Below, one piece after another: positions 36,303-46,086 of a stretch of DNA of 64,000 nucleotides (its first letter is position 1; every line of letters begins with the position of its first letter). The notes beneath the pieces were generated by a model. The model made no database searches and was not told the origin of the DNA. It worked only from the letters and a program-made list of their open reading frames with translations. Position numbers and translations under genes: made by a program. This DNA comes from Thermoanaerobaculia bacterium (GTDB taxonomy: Bacteria > Acidobacteriota > Thermoanaerobaculia > Multivoradales > DATKCC01): positions 224 through 64,223 of the forward strand of contig JANRLG010000160.1 in the NCBI GenBank assembly GCA_033762835.1, read 5' to 3'.

Positions 36303-37388
36303 TCAGGCGCTGTCCCGGCTCCACAGCCGGAAGCTGCGGGCACCGAGGGCGAGGCAGGCGACGAACCAGGCCAAGAGCGCCAGGATCTCCGTGCCGTGGT
36401 CGGTGAGAGGGGCGCCGTAGCGCACGGTGCCGCGAAAGGCGTCGACCAGATAGGTCAACGGCAGGGCGCGCGACAGCCACTCGAGCGGCGCCGGCATGCT
36501 GTCGACCTTGAAGAAGACGCCGCACAAAAACGACATCGGCAGGCTGAACATCTGCAGGAACAGGCTCGCCGATTCGAGCGTGGGGGCGACCATGGCGACC
36601 GCGATGCCGAGGGCCATGAAGGCCAGCGTGCCGAGCAACACGAGCAGGGTGAGGTCGAGCCAGGAGCCGAGGATCTGGGCGCCGAAGCCGAACACGGCCA
36701 CCGCCACCAGTACCAGCAGGTGCAGCACCACGATCAGGAAGCGGCCGGTCAAAACGCTCGAGAAGATCGTCAGCCCGGACACCGGGGTCAGTCGCAACCG
36801 GCGCAACACGCCGATTTCCCGTGCTTCGAGCAGCACGACCCCGCTCGCCAGGCAGACCTGCATGATCGCCATCGCCAGGATGCCCGGGAAGATGAAGTCG
36901 ATGTAGCGGTTCTTGACCACCGAGAGCTGGGCCACAGACTCCGTCCAGGGCGGCGTGCGCGCGCCCCCGGTGGCGACCACCAGGGCGCTCAGGCGCTCGA
37001 ATCCGAGATCGAGCCACTTGTTGGCATCGTCGTCACGCACCAGGCGCAGCTGATCCGGTGTCGCCGCGGGCGTCCAGCCGGGGGCCAGCACGAGGCCGCC
37101 GATGACCTTGGCCTCGCGGATGCGGGTGAGGATCTCTTCCTCACTGCCGACGGACTCGACGACCAGGAACTCGTCGCCGTCGAGCCGGGCGAGCAGCGCC
37201 GCCGAGTCCGGCGTCTGGGCACGGTCCCACACCGCCACCGGCAGCTCGACCTTGAATTGCTCTTCGCCCATGACGAGGCCGAAGAGCACCATCATGAAGA
37301 CGATCAGGAACAGCGACAGGGCCACGGTCAGCGGGTCCCGCAGGTACATCTTGAGGACCGCCAGGGACAACTTCCAAAACGCTTTCAC
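36303..37388 (-). CDS. ABC-2 type transporter permease
   Basis: Six transmembrane helices and a periplasmic loop. A GTG start overlaps the upstream ATPase stop as GTGA. Confidence 0.8.
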   Translation of the reverse strand: MKAFWKLSLAVLKMYLRDPLTVALSLFLIVFMMVLFGLVMGEEQFKVELPVAVWDRAQTPDSAALLARLDGDEFLVVESVGSEEEILTRIREAKVIGGLVLAPGWTPAATPDQLRLVRDDDANKWLDLGFERLSALVVATGGARTPPWTESVAQLSVVKNRYIDFIFPGILAMAIMQVCLASGVVLLEAREIGVLRRLRLTPVSGLTIFSSVLTGRFLIVVLHLLVLVAVAVFGFGAQILGSWLDLTLLVLLGTLAFMALGIAVAMVAPTLESASLFLQMFSLPMSFLCGVFFKVDSMPAPLEWLSRALPLTYLVDAFRGTVRYGAPLTDHGTEILALLAWFVACLALGARSFRLWSRDSA

Positions 37389-38368
37389 GACGCACTCCCG
37401 GCCGGTTCGGCGATGGTGACGGGCGCCCGCTCGGAGGCCCCCGCGTAGGTCAGGAAGACGTCCTCGAGGGTGGCCGCGCGGGTCTCCAGTTCGTCGAGGC
37501 CGATGCCCTGGCGCTCGGCCCAGCCGATCAGGGCGCCGAGGCCCTCGCGCAGGCTGGGCACGATCACCTGGAAGCCGCCCTCGTCCGCGGCGCGGGCGTC
37601 CAGGCACCAGGGTTCGGCGGCGAGGCCGGCGAGCTCGAAGGGCTGGAGGGTGGTGAAACGCACCGAAACGTGAGGGTTCTTGGCCCGGATCAGTTCGTTG
37701 GGCGAGCCCAACTCGACCACCCGTCCGCGGTGCAGGATCGCCACGCGGTCCGACAGAGCATGGGCTTCGTCCATGTAGTGGGTGGTCAGGATCACCGTCT
37801 TGCCGCGGGCGCGCAGCCGGCGAATGACGTCCCACAGCCGGCGGCGGGCCTGGGGATCGAGCCCGATGGTGGGCTCGTCGAGCAGGACCAGATCGGGATC
37901 GTTGACCAGGGCCAGCGCCAACACGACGCGTTGGTACTGCCCGCCGGAGAGGCTCTTCATGGGCGCCCGGAGCTTCTCGTGGAGGTCGAAGAGTTCGACC
38001 AACTCGGCTACCGGCAAGGTCTTCGGGTAAAAGCTGCGGAACAGGTCGAGAGTTTCCTCGACCGTCAGCTGGCCCCAGTAACGGGACTTCTGGAGCGACA
38101 CGCCGAGCCGGGCGCGGATGGCGTCGAGGTGCTGGGCCGGGTCGAGGCCGAAGACCCGGACGCTGCCCGAGTCGGCTTGGCGCAGGCCCTCGACGATCTC
38201 GAGAGTGGTCGTCTTGCCGGCGCCGTTCGGTCCCAGCAGGCCGAAGATCTCTCCGGCCTGGACGGTCAGGCTGACGTCGTCGACTGCGCGGTGGCTACCG
38301 TAGGTCTTGACCAGATGGCGGATCTCGAGCACGGTCTCGCCGCGCGGAGAGGCAGGGGCGTTGATCAT
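37385..38368 (-). CDS. ABC transporter ATP-binding protein
   Basis: It has Walker A GPNGAGKTT, the signature LSGGQ, and Walker B LLDEPT. ATG 38368 has ATGA overlap with the upstream stop. Confidence 0.9.
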   Translation of the reverse strand: MINAPASPRGETVLEIRHLVKTYGSHRAVDDVSLTVQAGEIFGLLGPNGAGKTTTLEIVEGLRQADSGSVRVFGLDPAQHLDAIRARLGVSLQKSRYWGQLTVEETLDLFRSFYPKTLPVAELVELFDLHEKLRAPMKSLSGGQYQRVVLALALVNDPDLVLLDEPTIGLDPQARRRLWDVIRRLRARGKTVILTTHYMDEAHALSDRVAILHRGRVVELGSPNELIRAKNPHVSVRFTTLQPFELAGLAAEPWCLDARAADEGGFQVIVPSLREGLGALIGWAERQGIGLDELETRAATLEDVFLTYAGASERAPVTIAEPAGSAS

Positions 38369-40437
38369 TCTCGATCCTCGGTCGGGGGCCGGCCGTGGCC
38401 GTGGGCGCGCAGGATGGCGTCGATCTCGGCGACGCCCTGGGTTTCGTGAACGGCGATTTCGTCGAGCAGACGCTGGGGTCCGGGGTCTGGGGCGTAGAGG
38501 CCCGCGGTCGGGTCGAGCACGGCGGCGTCGAGTAACTCCGCCACCTCGCGCCAAGCCTCGGCCAGGCGGCGGTAGCGGTCGGCCACCGGCAGCAGCTCGG
38601 GCCAGTCGAGCTCGCGGGCGGCTTCGCGCAGGAAGCGCTGGTACAGGTTGCGGAAGTTGCCGCCGCCGGTGCCCGCCTTCTCGAACATGAAGGCCGTCAG
38701 CTCGGTGTTGAGCCGCAGTTCTTCCCCCTTCAAGATGCGCCCCCAGCGCGCCGCCTGGCGGCAGAAGCGCTCGATCGCGGGCAGCCCGTTCAGATTCAGG
38801 AACGGGTGGCGCATTTGGGAGACGAAGGTACGCAGCGCCAGCGGCAGTGCCTCCGTGAGCGGCACCAGCTGGTCCGGGAACCCGAAGGTGAAGCAGGCGT
38901 TGCGCGGCGGCTCGGGGCACTCGCGGCTGTCGCGGGCGCGCGCCAACACCGCCGCCGGCAGCACCTGGGCCTCGGCCCAGGCGTAGTCCCACACGGTGTA
39001 GCTGGCGCTCGCGGCGTCCCAGCCCGTTACCAGGAGCTTGTGGCCCCCGAAGTGGACGCCGTCCATCAGCCGCAGGGCCTGGACCATGTAGGGCAGGTAG
39101 AACATGTCGGTGTCCACCACCGCCAGCCGGCCGGCGCCGACGACACTCGCGAGATGCGCCTCGGCGGCCCGCGGGTCGTCCGAGTGGAAGATCTCGAGAC
39201 GAATGCCGAGCGTGTCGCAAAACGTCTCTTCCATGTAGGAGCCGCGCCCCATGGTCAGGAAGAACGGCGAACCCGGCGGCCGCAGGTAGGTGAAGTTGAG
39301 CCCCGCGGCGAGGCCGAAACACAGGCTTTCGGTCCACTTGCCGCCGGTCGCGTGGGTGGCGACGTTGCGCAGGGCCATGGTGCCGCAGTGCACGCCGCGG
39401 ACGTGGCGATAGTCCGCGAGCCGCGGCTCGGGTCTGGGCACCGAGACCTGGGCCGGGGCGCGCCCGAGAAACTCGCGGGTGCGGGCCAGGCTGGCACGCT
39501 CCAGCCGCTCGAGGGTGGCCAAGCGTTCCACCGCGGCGCCGGCGTCGAGGCGACCCGCCGCGGCGTCGGCGCTCAGCTTGCGCCACAACTCGGCCGCCGT
39601 CGCCAGGGCCGAGGCGGCTTCTTCGAGCCGGCCGCTCGGCCACTCTTCGGCCGCGAGGCGCAGGAACTCGGCCTGGGTGTCGCGGTAGAACGCCGCGCCG
39701 CCGTCCAACGCCGCGCGCCCGAGCCCGCGCACCAGGCCGGCGAGCTCGCCGCGCTCGCACGCCGCGCGCACGGCCCCGAAGGCCGCGAGGCCGGTCACCC
39801 CCCAGGCGGGCACCGAACCCGCCATCGCCTGCACCCAGCGCTCGAGCCCCAGGCGGAGGGCCAGGGACGGCTCGTAGCGCAGCCGCGCGACCGGGTGCTC
39901 GAACAGATGGGCGGCGCGGGGGAATCCGCCCACCGGCCGGTACAGGGCCGCCACGAGCCGCTCGGGGGCGACCCGCAGGGGCGCCGGTTCGCGCGGGTCA
40001 CGCACCTCCCACCAGGCCCCCGCGGGGTCCCGGCCGACGACGAGCGCCGCCGTGTCCGCGGGGTCGTCGGGCTGCTCGGGCGATCGGCCGGCCAGCACCT
40101 CGCGATCGAGTTCGACCAGAGTCCACTCGTCGCGCGCGGCCCGTTCGGCCAGCAGGTCGAGAGCGTTGTCCGACACCAGGCGCGACCGGAAGCCCCAGAC
40201 GTCGACGCCGAACAGCAGGCGCAGCAGGCGATTCGGATGGAGCCCGCGCAGGATCGGCGTCGCCCCGGTGGTGTCCCATTGCAGGAAGAGCGCGGCACCG
40301 GCCCCGAACAGAAACGTCTCGGAGGGCACCGGCAAACCCGGCAGCGCCAGGCGCTCCAGGGCCAGGCGCACGGCGGCACTGGTCGACAAGGAGCCCCCGA
40401 CCGGCGTCGTGGGCGTGGGCGCGACCGCCGCGGTCAC
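38365..40437 (-). CDS. two-domain protein whose C-terminal half is BtrH_N/DUF4872-like (ACP-dependent acyltransferase-like)
   Basis: The C-terminal half has YRHVRGVHCGTMALRNV...ESLCFGLAAGLNFTY. This is the BtrH N-terminal domain signature, a Cys-containing, peptidase-C39-like fold. A GTG start at 40437 overlaps the thioesterase stop. Confidence 0.55.
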   Translation of the reverse strand: MTAAVAPTPTTPVGGSLSTSAAVRLALERLALPGLPVPSETFLFGAGAALFLQWDTTGATPILRGLHPNRLLRLLFGVDVWGFRSRLVSDNALDLLAERAARDEWTLVELDREVLAGRSPEQPDDPADTAALVVGRDPAGAWWEVRDPREPAPLRVAPERLVAALYRPVGGFPRAAHLFEHPVARLRYEPSLALRLGLERWVQAMAGSVPAWGVTGLAAFGAVRAACERGELAGLVRGLGRAALDGGAAFYRDTQAEFLRLAAEEWPSGRLEEAASALATAAELWRKLSADAAAGRLDAGAAVERLATLERLERASLARTREFLGRAPAQVSVPRPEPRLADYRHVRGVHCGTMALRNVATHATGGKWTESLCFGLAAGLNFTYLRPPGSPFFLTMGRGSYMEETFCDTLGIRLEIFHSDDPRAAEAHLASVVGAGRLAVVDTDMFYLPYMVQALRLMDGVHFGGHKLLVTGWDAASASYTVWDYAWAEAQVLPAAVLARARDSRECPEPPRNACFTFGFPDQLVPLTEALPLALRTFVSQMRHPFLNLNGLPAIERFCRQAARWGRILKGEELRLNTELTAFMFEKAGTGGGNFRNLYQRFLREAARELDWPELLPVADRYRRLAEAWREVAELLDAAVLDPTAGLYAPDPGPQRLLDEIAVHETQGVAEIDAILRAHGHGRPPTEDRE

Positions 40438-40946
40438 GTCGTCACCTCCACGGGCTCCAGTTTGCCGGCCGGCAGACGCACCCAACCCGGCCAACGGCGC
40501 ACGGCTTGTTCAAAGGCGTCGCGCACCAAGGGCGGCGTCCACAGCAGCAAGCGGTTGTCGCGATCGAGGAAGCAGTGGGTGGTCGAGCCGCTGACGCACA
40601 GCTCGCCCGGGGCGTCGGGGTCTTCGGGGCGCTCGCGGTAGAGGCCGTAGTGAACGGTGAAGGCCGCCTTCTTGTGCAGTTCGAGCTGGGCGTAGCCGGT
40701 GACCTTGTCGTCGAAGCGCACTCCGCGCCGGAACTCCATGGCGCAGGCCGTCAAGGGCAGGGCCAGCCCGGCCGCCTTCAAGTCACCGAAGGTCAGCCCG
40801 AAAATCACCTCGAGGGCGTGGAATCGCACCAGCTCGAACCAGTGCAGATAGGCCGCGTGGTGGACGACCTGCATCATGTCGACATCGGCGAAGCGGACGG
40901 TGATCGGCGTCGCCGAGAGCGGGAAGCAGCCCGCGGGAGTCTTCAC
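40434..40946 (-). CDS. hotdog-fold acyl-CoA/ACP thioesterase (4HBT/YbgC-like)
   Basis: It has ITVRFADVDMMQVVHHAAYLHWFE (4HBT motif). A GTG start at 40946 has a GGGAGGG Shine-Dalgarno motif. 170 aa. Confidence 0.75.
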   Translation of the reverse strand: MKTPAGCFPLSATPITVRFADVDMMQVVHHAAYLHWFELVRFHALEVIFGLTFGDLKAAGLALPLTACAMEFRRGVRFDDKVTGYAQLELHKKAAFTVHYGLYRERPEDPDAPGELCVSGSTTHCFLDRDNRLLLWTPPLVRDAFEQAVRRWPGWVRLPAGKLEPVEVTT

Positions 40947-42088
40947 GGCAGCCCTCCCACGGTCACCAGCGGCTCCGTGGCCGGCGCCGCGAGGAACGCC
41001 TCGAGGGTCGCGAGCCCTTCGTGCTCGAGCCGCCGGAGCTTCGCCAGCAGCTCGGCGATCCGCTCGGCGCGGAAGCTCCAGGGCGCCGGAGTGCTCGCGA
41101 CTTGCCCGTGCAGGAGGGCCACCAGCTCGGACCACGCCTCGGCGGCATCGGCATAGATTTCCGCCGCCGCGAGTAGGCTCGGGGCGCCGATTTCGCGGCC
41201 GGCGTGGCGCAGGAACATGCCGAAGCTGCGCCGGCCGAGGGCGCCGCCGACCATGAACTCGGAGTTGAGCCACATCATCGAAACGGTGGCGAAGAGCTTC
41301 TCGGGCGGCAGATCGGGCCGCTCCCCCCAGCCGGGCAGCTCGGCGCAGAAGCGATCGAGCGCGGCGATGCCCCCTTCGCCGTGGTCGAGGGCCGGGCAGC
41401 GTTGGTTCCACACCACCTTGGTCAGAGCCGTGCGCACCAGGCTCGCGAAGGGCGGCACCTGGCGCGGCGGATGAAACACCGCCCAGCGGTTGAGCGACTT
41501 CATGGCGTAGCCGGCTTGGTCGTCGCCCAGGGTCCGCAGCTCGTAGAACACCTCGAAGGGCAGCTCGATCGGCTCGTAGCGGTCGGTTTCGAAAAGCGTC
41601 ACCACGCGCCGGCGACGGTCGACATCCACGACGATCACCCAATGGCCGCCGAAACCCACCCCGGCGGGGAACCAGTCGCCCCAGGCTGGCCCCCCGAGGT
41701 ACTCCGCCAACGCCTTGCGCGACAGTGCACAGAGCACCGGCAGGCCGGCCGCGAGGTAGGGCTCGAGACTGGCGAGAGCCTCTTCGGGACCCTGTTTTTG
41801 GTCCTGCACGAGCACGGCGTTGAACAGGTAGGCCAGGTTCTCGAGCACCTCGAGGCGCTGGCCCGAAACCGGCCAGAACAGGTGGGCGAAGTCTCCTTCC
41901 GGAAAGAGCAGACGGGCGCGCTCGGAGTCCTCGGTGCGGTAGACGAAGAAGAAGCTCGAGGCGAGGCCCTGGACGACGGCGTAGCTGTGGCGGTGGCCGT
42001 AGAACTCGAGCAGGTTGCGAGCGCAGGTCACGCGGCAGTCGTGGCCCTTGCGGTGGTGGCGGCCGTACCGTTCGACGAGGTTCGTCAC
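40943..42088 (-). CDS. BtrH_N/DUF4872-like protein (ACP:acceptor acyltransferase-like)
   Basis: The sequence YGRHHRKGHDCRVTCARNLLEFYGHRHSYAVVQGLASSFFFVY is a BtrH_N signature. A GTG start at 42088 overlaps the upstream stop as GTGA. Confidence 0.6.
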   Translation of the reverse strand: MTNLVERYGRHHRKGHDCRVTCARNLLEFYGHRHSYAVVQGLASSFFFVYRTEDSERARLLFPEGDFAHLFWPVSGQRLEVLENLAYLFNAVLVQDQKQGPEEALASLEPYLAAGLPVLCALSRKALAEYLGGPAWGDWFPAGVGFGGHWVIVVDVDRRRRVVTLFETDRYEPIELPFEVFYELRTLGDDQAGYAMKSLNRWAVFHPPRQVPPFASLVRTALTKVVWNQRCPALDHGEGGIAALDRFCAELPGWGERPDLPPEKLFATVSMMWLNSEFMVGGALGRRSFGMFLRHAGREIGAPSLLAAAEIYADAAEAWSELVALLHGQVASTPAPWSFRAERIAELLAKLRRLEHEGLATLEAFLAAPATEPLVTVGGLP

Positions 42089-43824
42089 GGCGTCACCTCG
42101 CGCGGCGGCAGCAGGTGGAAACACTCGGCGAAGCCGCTTTCCGCTCCCAACGCCCGGCCGCGTGACTCGGCCAGGAAGGTCATGATGCGGGCGTAATCCA
42201 TGAGCCGCGTCTGGGTGCGGTAGACCTTGATCGCGGCCAGCTTCTTCTGCCAGAAGGCGGCGGAGGTGGCGAGTCCGTGGGTGGGTTGGCAGTTGCCCCA
42301 AATTTCCCAGCCCAGCAACCGCGCCGTCGAGCCACTGGCGGCGTGGGCCGCGAGCACCCAGTCGTGGGCGGAACGATGGTCGGGGTGGAACTCGCCCGCC
42401 GCCGGGTAGGTGATCACGTCCGGCCGCTCCTCGCGAATCACCCGTGCGAGGGCGCCGGGGGAGGCGATCGCCTCCTCGAGTTTGCGCTCGGGGAAGTTCA
42501 GGTAGGTGCGCTCCTGAATGCCCAGAATGCGCGCCGCCGAGGCGCTTTCCTCGCGCCGCTCGAGACAGGTCATGCCGAGCTCCTCGCGGCTGTGTTTGCC
42601 CGAGGCGCCGTCGGTCAGGAACACCACCGAGACGTGGCCACCGCCCGCCCGGCAATGTTGAATGAGCCCGCCGCAGCCGATCACCTCGTCATCCATGTGC
42701 GGGGCCACGACCAAGAGGCGCAGACCGGCGAGGCTCGGTCGGCCGAGCTCGGCAGCGAGGTCCAACGGTGGCAGGCGGGACAGATCACTGCCGTCGTCGA
42801 GGGCGCGGGCGAGCTTCTTCAGCACGAATTCGACGCGGAACTTCTGGGCCGGGTCGTAGGCCGGCTCGGGCGGCGCCGTGACCTCGTGACCGAGTTGCTT
42901 GTCGCGATAGCTGACCATGCCGAAGGGCGAGAAGACGAGGTCGAGATCCTCGATCCCGGGCATACCGCGCCGTTCCGCCACGCGGTTGTTGAACTCGCGG
43001 AACGGCAGGGCGCCGCAGAGGAACTTGACGAACAACATCAGCTCCTCCTCGCGGCCGTATTTCTCGTAGAAGTACCGCAGCGAGCGGGTGCTCTCGCGGA
43101 ACAACGTGCCGCGGGCGTGGCCGTGGTCGAGATGGAAGTACCGCGCGCCCGGTGCCCGGGCGAAGCCGACGCCGGCCCGGGTTAGACGCAGGCCGAACTC
43201 GAAATCCTCCATACCGTAGGAGCGGATCTCGCCGTCGTAGCCGCCGACCTTCTCCCACAACGCCTTCGGAAACGTCACGCTGCACCCCTGGGCGGCCACC
43301 CAGGGCACGGCGAAGCGGTCGATGCCCGAACCCAGCATGCGCCGGATCAGCTCCTCGAGGGCGTACTCGCGGTCGTCCGGCGCGAAGTCCGGCAGCCGCT
43401 CGAAAACGTCGCGCTCGCCCCGCTCGACCGCCTGGAGCACGTCCGGCACCGCCGCCACCACGACGTGGGGGATGGCCGACAGCAGCAGCCGGTCGGGCAG
43501 CAGCGTGTGGGCATCCCACAGCCGCGACACCGTTTCGGGGTGCATCAAGCAGTCGTCGTCGAGCATGACCAGGAGTTCCCCGTGTGCCGCCTCGCAACCG
43601 GAGTTGCGCGCCGCGGCGACGCCCCCCTGGGGCCGGTGGACGGCCCGGAAGGTGTAGGGCGGCGCGAACTGGTCGAGAAACTCGGCGGTCTCGCGGGTCG
43701 AGCCGTCGTTGACCACCACCACCTCGAAGCGGTCGCGGGGAAAATCCAGCCACTCGAGCCCGCGGAGCACGGCCCGCAGGTGCGACAACTTGTCGTGGGT
43801 GATGACGACGATCGAGACGTCCAT
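42085..43824 (-). CDS. bifunctional glycosyltransferase family 2 / PIG-L (LmbE-like) N-deacetylase
   Basis: The N-terminus has VSIVVITHDK...VVVVNDGS...LDDDC, the GT2 motifs. The C-terminus has LLVVAPHMDDEVIGCGG...HPDHR, the PIG-L deacetylase motifs. Confidence 0.8.
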   Translation of the reverse strand: MDVSIVVITHDKLSHLRAVLRGLEWLDFPRDRFEVVVVNDGSTRETAEFLDQFAPPYTFRAVHRPQGGVAAARNSGCEAAHGELLVMLDDDCLMHPETVSRLWDAHTLLPDRLLLSAIPHVVVAAVPDVLQAVERGERDVFERLPDFAPDDREYALEELIRRMLGSGIDRFAVPWVAAQGCSVTFPKALWEKVGGYDGEIRSYGMEDFEFGLRLTRAGVGFARAPGARYFHLDHGHARGTLFRESTRSLRYFYEKYGREEELMLFVKFLCGALPFREFNNRVAERRGMPGIEDLDLVFSPFGMVSYRDKQLGHEVTAPPEPAYDPAQKFRVEFVLKKLARALDDGSDLSRLPPLDLAAELGRPSLAGLRLLVVAPHMDDEVIGCGGLIQHCRAGGGHVSVVFLTDGASGKHSREELGMTCLERREESASAARILGIQERTYLNFPERKLEEAIASPGALARVIREERPDVITYPAAGEFHPDHRSAHDWVLAAHAASGSTARLLGWEIWGNCQPTHGLATSAAFWQKKLAAIKVYRTQTRLMDYARIMTFLAESRGRALGAESGFAECFHLLPPREVTP

Positions 43825-43840
43825 GGTGTCCCGCCCGCCC

Positions 43841-45088
43841 TCAGGCGGTCGCCTCCCGCGCTTCGTCCGGCTGGCGGAAGATCAGGCAGGCCGAATTGCC
43901 GCCGAAGCCGAAGGAATGGGACGACGCCACCTCGAGCTCCGGGGCGGGCCGGCCGGTGGGCACGAAGTCGTACTCGTAACCGACCTCGGGCGTCGTCCAG
44001 TTGGGCGTCGGCGGCAAGAAGCGGTGATGGAGGGCGAGCACGGTGGCGATCGCTTCGATCGTGCCGGCCGCCCCCAGGGTGTGGCCGATGGCCGACTTGA
44101 TCGACGACACCGGGACCCGCCGGGCAAGCTCGCCGTAGACCCGCGAGATCGCTTTCAACTCCATGGCGTCGTTGTGCCGGGTGGCGGTGCCGTGGGCGTT
44201 GACGTAGTCCATGTCCTCGGCCGCCACCCCGGCGTCGACGAAGGCGCGCTGGACCGCGCGGTAGGCGCCGCCGGCCTGGGGGTCCGGCTGGGTCGGGTGG
44301 AAAGCGTCGTTGGACAAGCCGTACCCCGCCAGCTCGGCGTAGATTCGCGCCCCGCGGGCCTCGGCGTGCTCCCAACGCTCGAGGATCAAGGTGCCGGCGC
44401 CTTCGCCGATGATCAGCCCGTCGCGGTTCTTGTCGAACGGCCGGCTGGTGTCGCGGGTCAGCGCCATCAGGATGTTGAAGCCGGCGAAGGCGAGCATGCT
44501 GAAGGGCTCGGTGCCGTTCGTGATCACCACCTCGGCGCGCCCGTTGCGCAGCAGATCGGCCGCGATGGCCAGCGCGTTCGAACCCGCCGAACACGCCGTG
44601 ACCACGGTGAAGTGGCCGCCGCGGACGTCACAGGCGCGCGCCAGGTAGGCTCCCAGCTGGCAGGGCGGAATCTGCAGCACATGGTCGTAGAGCGCGTCCG
44701 GGCCGTCGCCGTTGGCACAGCCCGGGTGCCGCCGCATGTTGTTCTCGTGCTCGAGCATGCCGCCGAGCGACGAGGCCACCGACACCGCGGTGCGATACCG
44801 CAGCTCCGGCGTGATCTCGAGTTTGGCGTCGGCCAGGGCCTCGCGGGTGGCGGCGAGCGCGATCCGGCTGGCGCGGTCGAAGGCGTCGGCCGCGTCCAGC
44901 CCCTCGTAGGCCGCCTCGTCGATCAGGCAGGCGCGGTCGGTCCGGTAGTCACTGGGATCGAAGGTCTCGATCGGCTTCAAGCCCGAGGCCCCGGCGAACA
45001 AATGGCGCCGGAACTCCTCGACGTTCTTGCCGATCGAGGTGCAGATCCCGAGACCGGTGACCGCGATGCGGGGGCGCGGCGCGGCCAT
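43841..45088 (-). CDS. fabF: beta-ketoacyl-ACP synthase (KAS I/II-like)
   Basis: The active-site Cys is in VVTACSAGSNA. Both His residues are present, in NAHGTATRHND and SIKSAIGHTLGAAG. 415 aa. Confidence 0.9.
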   Translation of the reverse strand: MAAPRPRIAVTGLGICTSIGKNVEEFRRHLFAGASGLKPIETFDPSDYRTDRACLIDEAAYEGLDAADAFDRASRIALAATREALADAKLEITPELRYRTAVSVASSLGGMLEHENNMRRHPGCANGDGPDALYDHVLQIPPCQLGAYLARACDVRGGHFTVVTACSAGSNALAIAADLLRNGRAEVVITNGTEPFSMLAFAGFNILMALTRDTSRPFDKNRDGLIIGEGAGTLILERWEHAEARGARIYAELAGYGLSNDAFHPTQPDPQAGGAYRAVQRAFVDAGVAAEDMDYVNAHGTATRHNDAMELKAISRVYGELARRVPVSSIKSAIGHTLGAAGTIEAIATVLALHHRFLPPTPNWTTPEVGYEYDFVPTGRPAPELEVASSHSFGFGGNSACLIFRQPDEAREATA

Positions 45089-45090
45089 GA

Positions 45091-45357
45091 TCAGGCCACC
45101 CGCTGGGCGAGCCAGGACTCGATGAAGCCGTCCAAGGTGTTGACGTTGTGGAACACCGACATGTCCGACTCTTGGATCTCGACGTCGAACTCCTCGTAGA
45201 TGCCGACCACGAGGTCCAGGGCATCGATGGAGTCGAGGCCGAGGCTGCCTTCGCCGTCGCCGAACAACGCTTGTTCGTCGCCGATCTCGCTCGCGGCGAT
45301 CTTCAGGTTCATGCGGTCGACGACGATTTCCTTCAAACGGGCCTTGCGCTCAGACAT
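45091..45357 (-). CDS. acpP: acyl carrier protein
   Basis: An 88-aa protein with a GLDSIDALDL phosphopantetheine-attachment motif. The start ATG 45357 was verified. Confidence 0.85.
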   Translation of the reverse strand: MSERKARLKEIVVDRMNLKIAASEIGDEQALFGDGEGSLGLDSIDALDLVVGIYEEFDVEIQESDMSVFHNVNTLDGFIESWLAQRVA

Positions 45358-46078
45358 GGACGATCTCCTCTTGGGGTACGGAGTGGGGTGGGGTTTCCCG
45401 GGTCGAGTCGCCGACGATCCGGCCATCCTTCAGGCGGACGGTGCGGTGGGCGAGGGCGACCATCTCCGGGTCGTGACTCGAATAGACGAAGGTGATGCGG
45501 CGCTCGCTGTGGAGCCGGCGGGCGAGCTCGAGTACCAGCCGCCCGCTTTCGGAATCGAGGTTGGCCGTGGGCTCGTCGGCGATCACCACCCGCGGCTCGG
45601 TGACGAGCGCGCGGGCGATCGCCACCCGCTGCTTCTGACCGCCCGACATCTGATTCGGGCGGTGGTCGGCGAGCTCGGCGATGTCCAGGGCGGCGAGTTG
45701 GTCGAGCACGCGACGGCGGCGCTCGGCGGCACCCTGGCGGGTGAGCAGCAGCGGCAGCTCGACGTTCTCGAAGGCCGAAAGCACCGGCAGCAGGTTGAAG
45801 CCCTGGAAGACGAAGCCGAAGTGCTCGTGACGCAGCCGCGCGGCGGCGGTGGGATCGAGGCGGGAGACGTCCCGGCCGGCGAAGGACACGCTGCCCTCCG
45901 AGGGCGGCAGCAGGCAGGCCATGAGGTTGAACAGCGTCGTCTTGCCCGAGCCGGAAGGGCCGGAGAAGGCGACGAAGTCCCCCTCGGCAATCGCCAGCGA
46001 GACGTCGCGCACCGCCCACACGGGCCCAGCGCCCAAATCGAAACGGCGCGACACACCTTGGAGCTCGATCAGGGCCAT
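45350..46078 (-). CDS. ABC transporter ATP-binding protein (LolD/MacB-type)
   Basis: It has Walker A GPSGSGKTTL, the signature MSGGQKQR, and Walker B IADEPT. A perfect AGGAGG lies 4 nt upstream of the ATG. The start coordinate is set by frame. Confidence 0.9.
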   Translation of the reverse strand: MALIELQGVSRRFDLGAGPVWAVRDVSLAIAEGDFVAFSGPSGSGKTTLFNLMACLLPPSEGSVSFAGRDVSRLDPTAAARLRHEHFGFVFQGFNLLPVLSAFENVELPLLLTRQGAAERRRRVLDQLAALDIAELADHRPNQMSGGQKQRVAIARALVTEPRVVIADEPTANLDSESGRLVLELARRLHSERRITFVYSSHDPEMVALAHRTVRLKDGRIVGDSTRETPPHSVPQEEIVHV

Positions 46079-46086
46079 CGTTCCTC

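Noticed and set aside
43545-45199. ORFs 43545..44594 (-) and 43709..45199 (+) and others inside the fabF-like gene
   Set aside because: They are wrong-frame or antisense. The 43841..45088 frame carries the complete Cys-His-His KAS catalytic triad.
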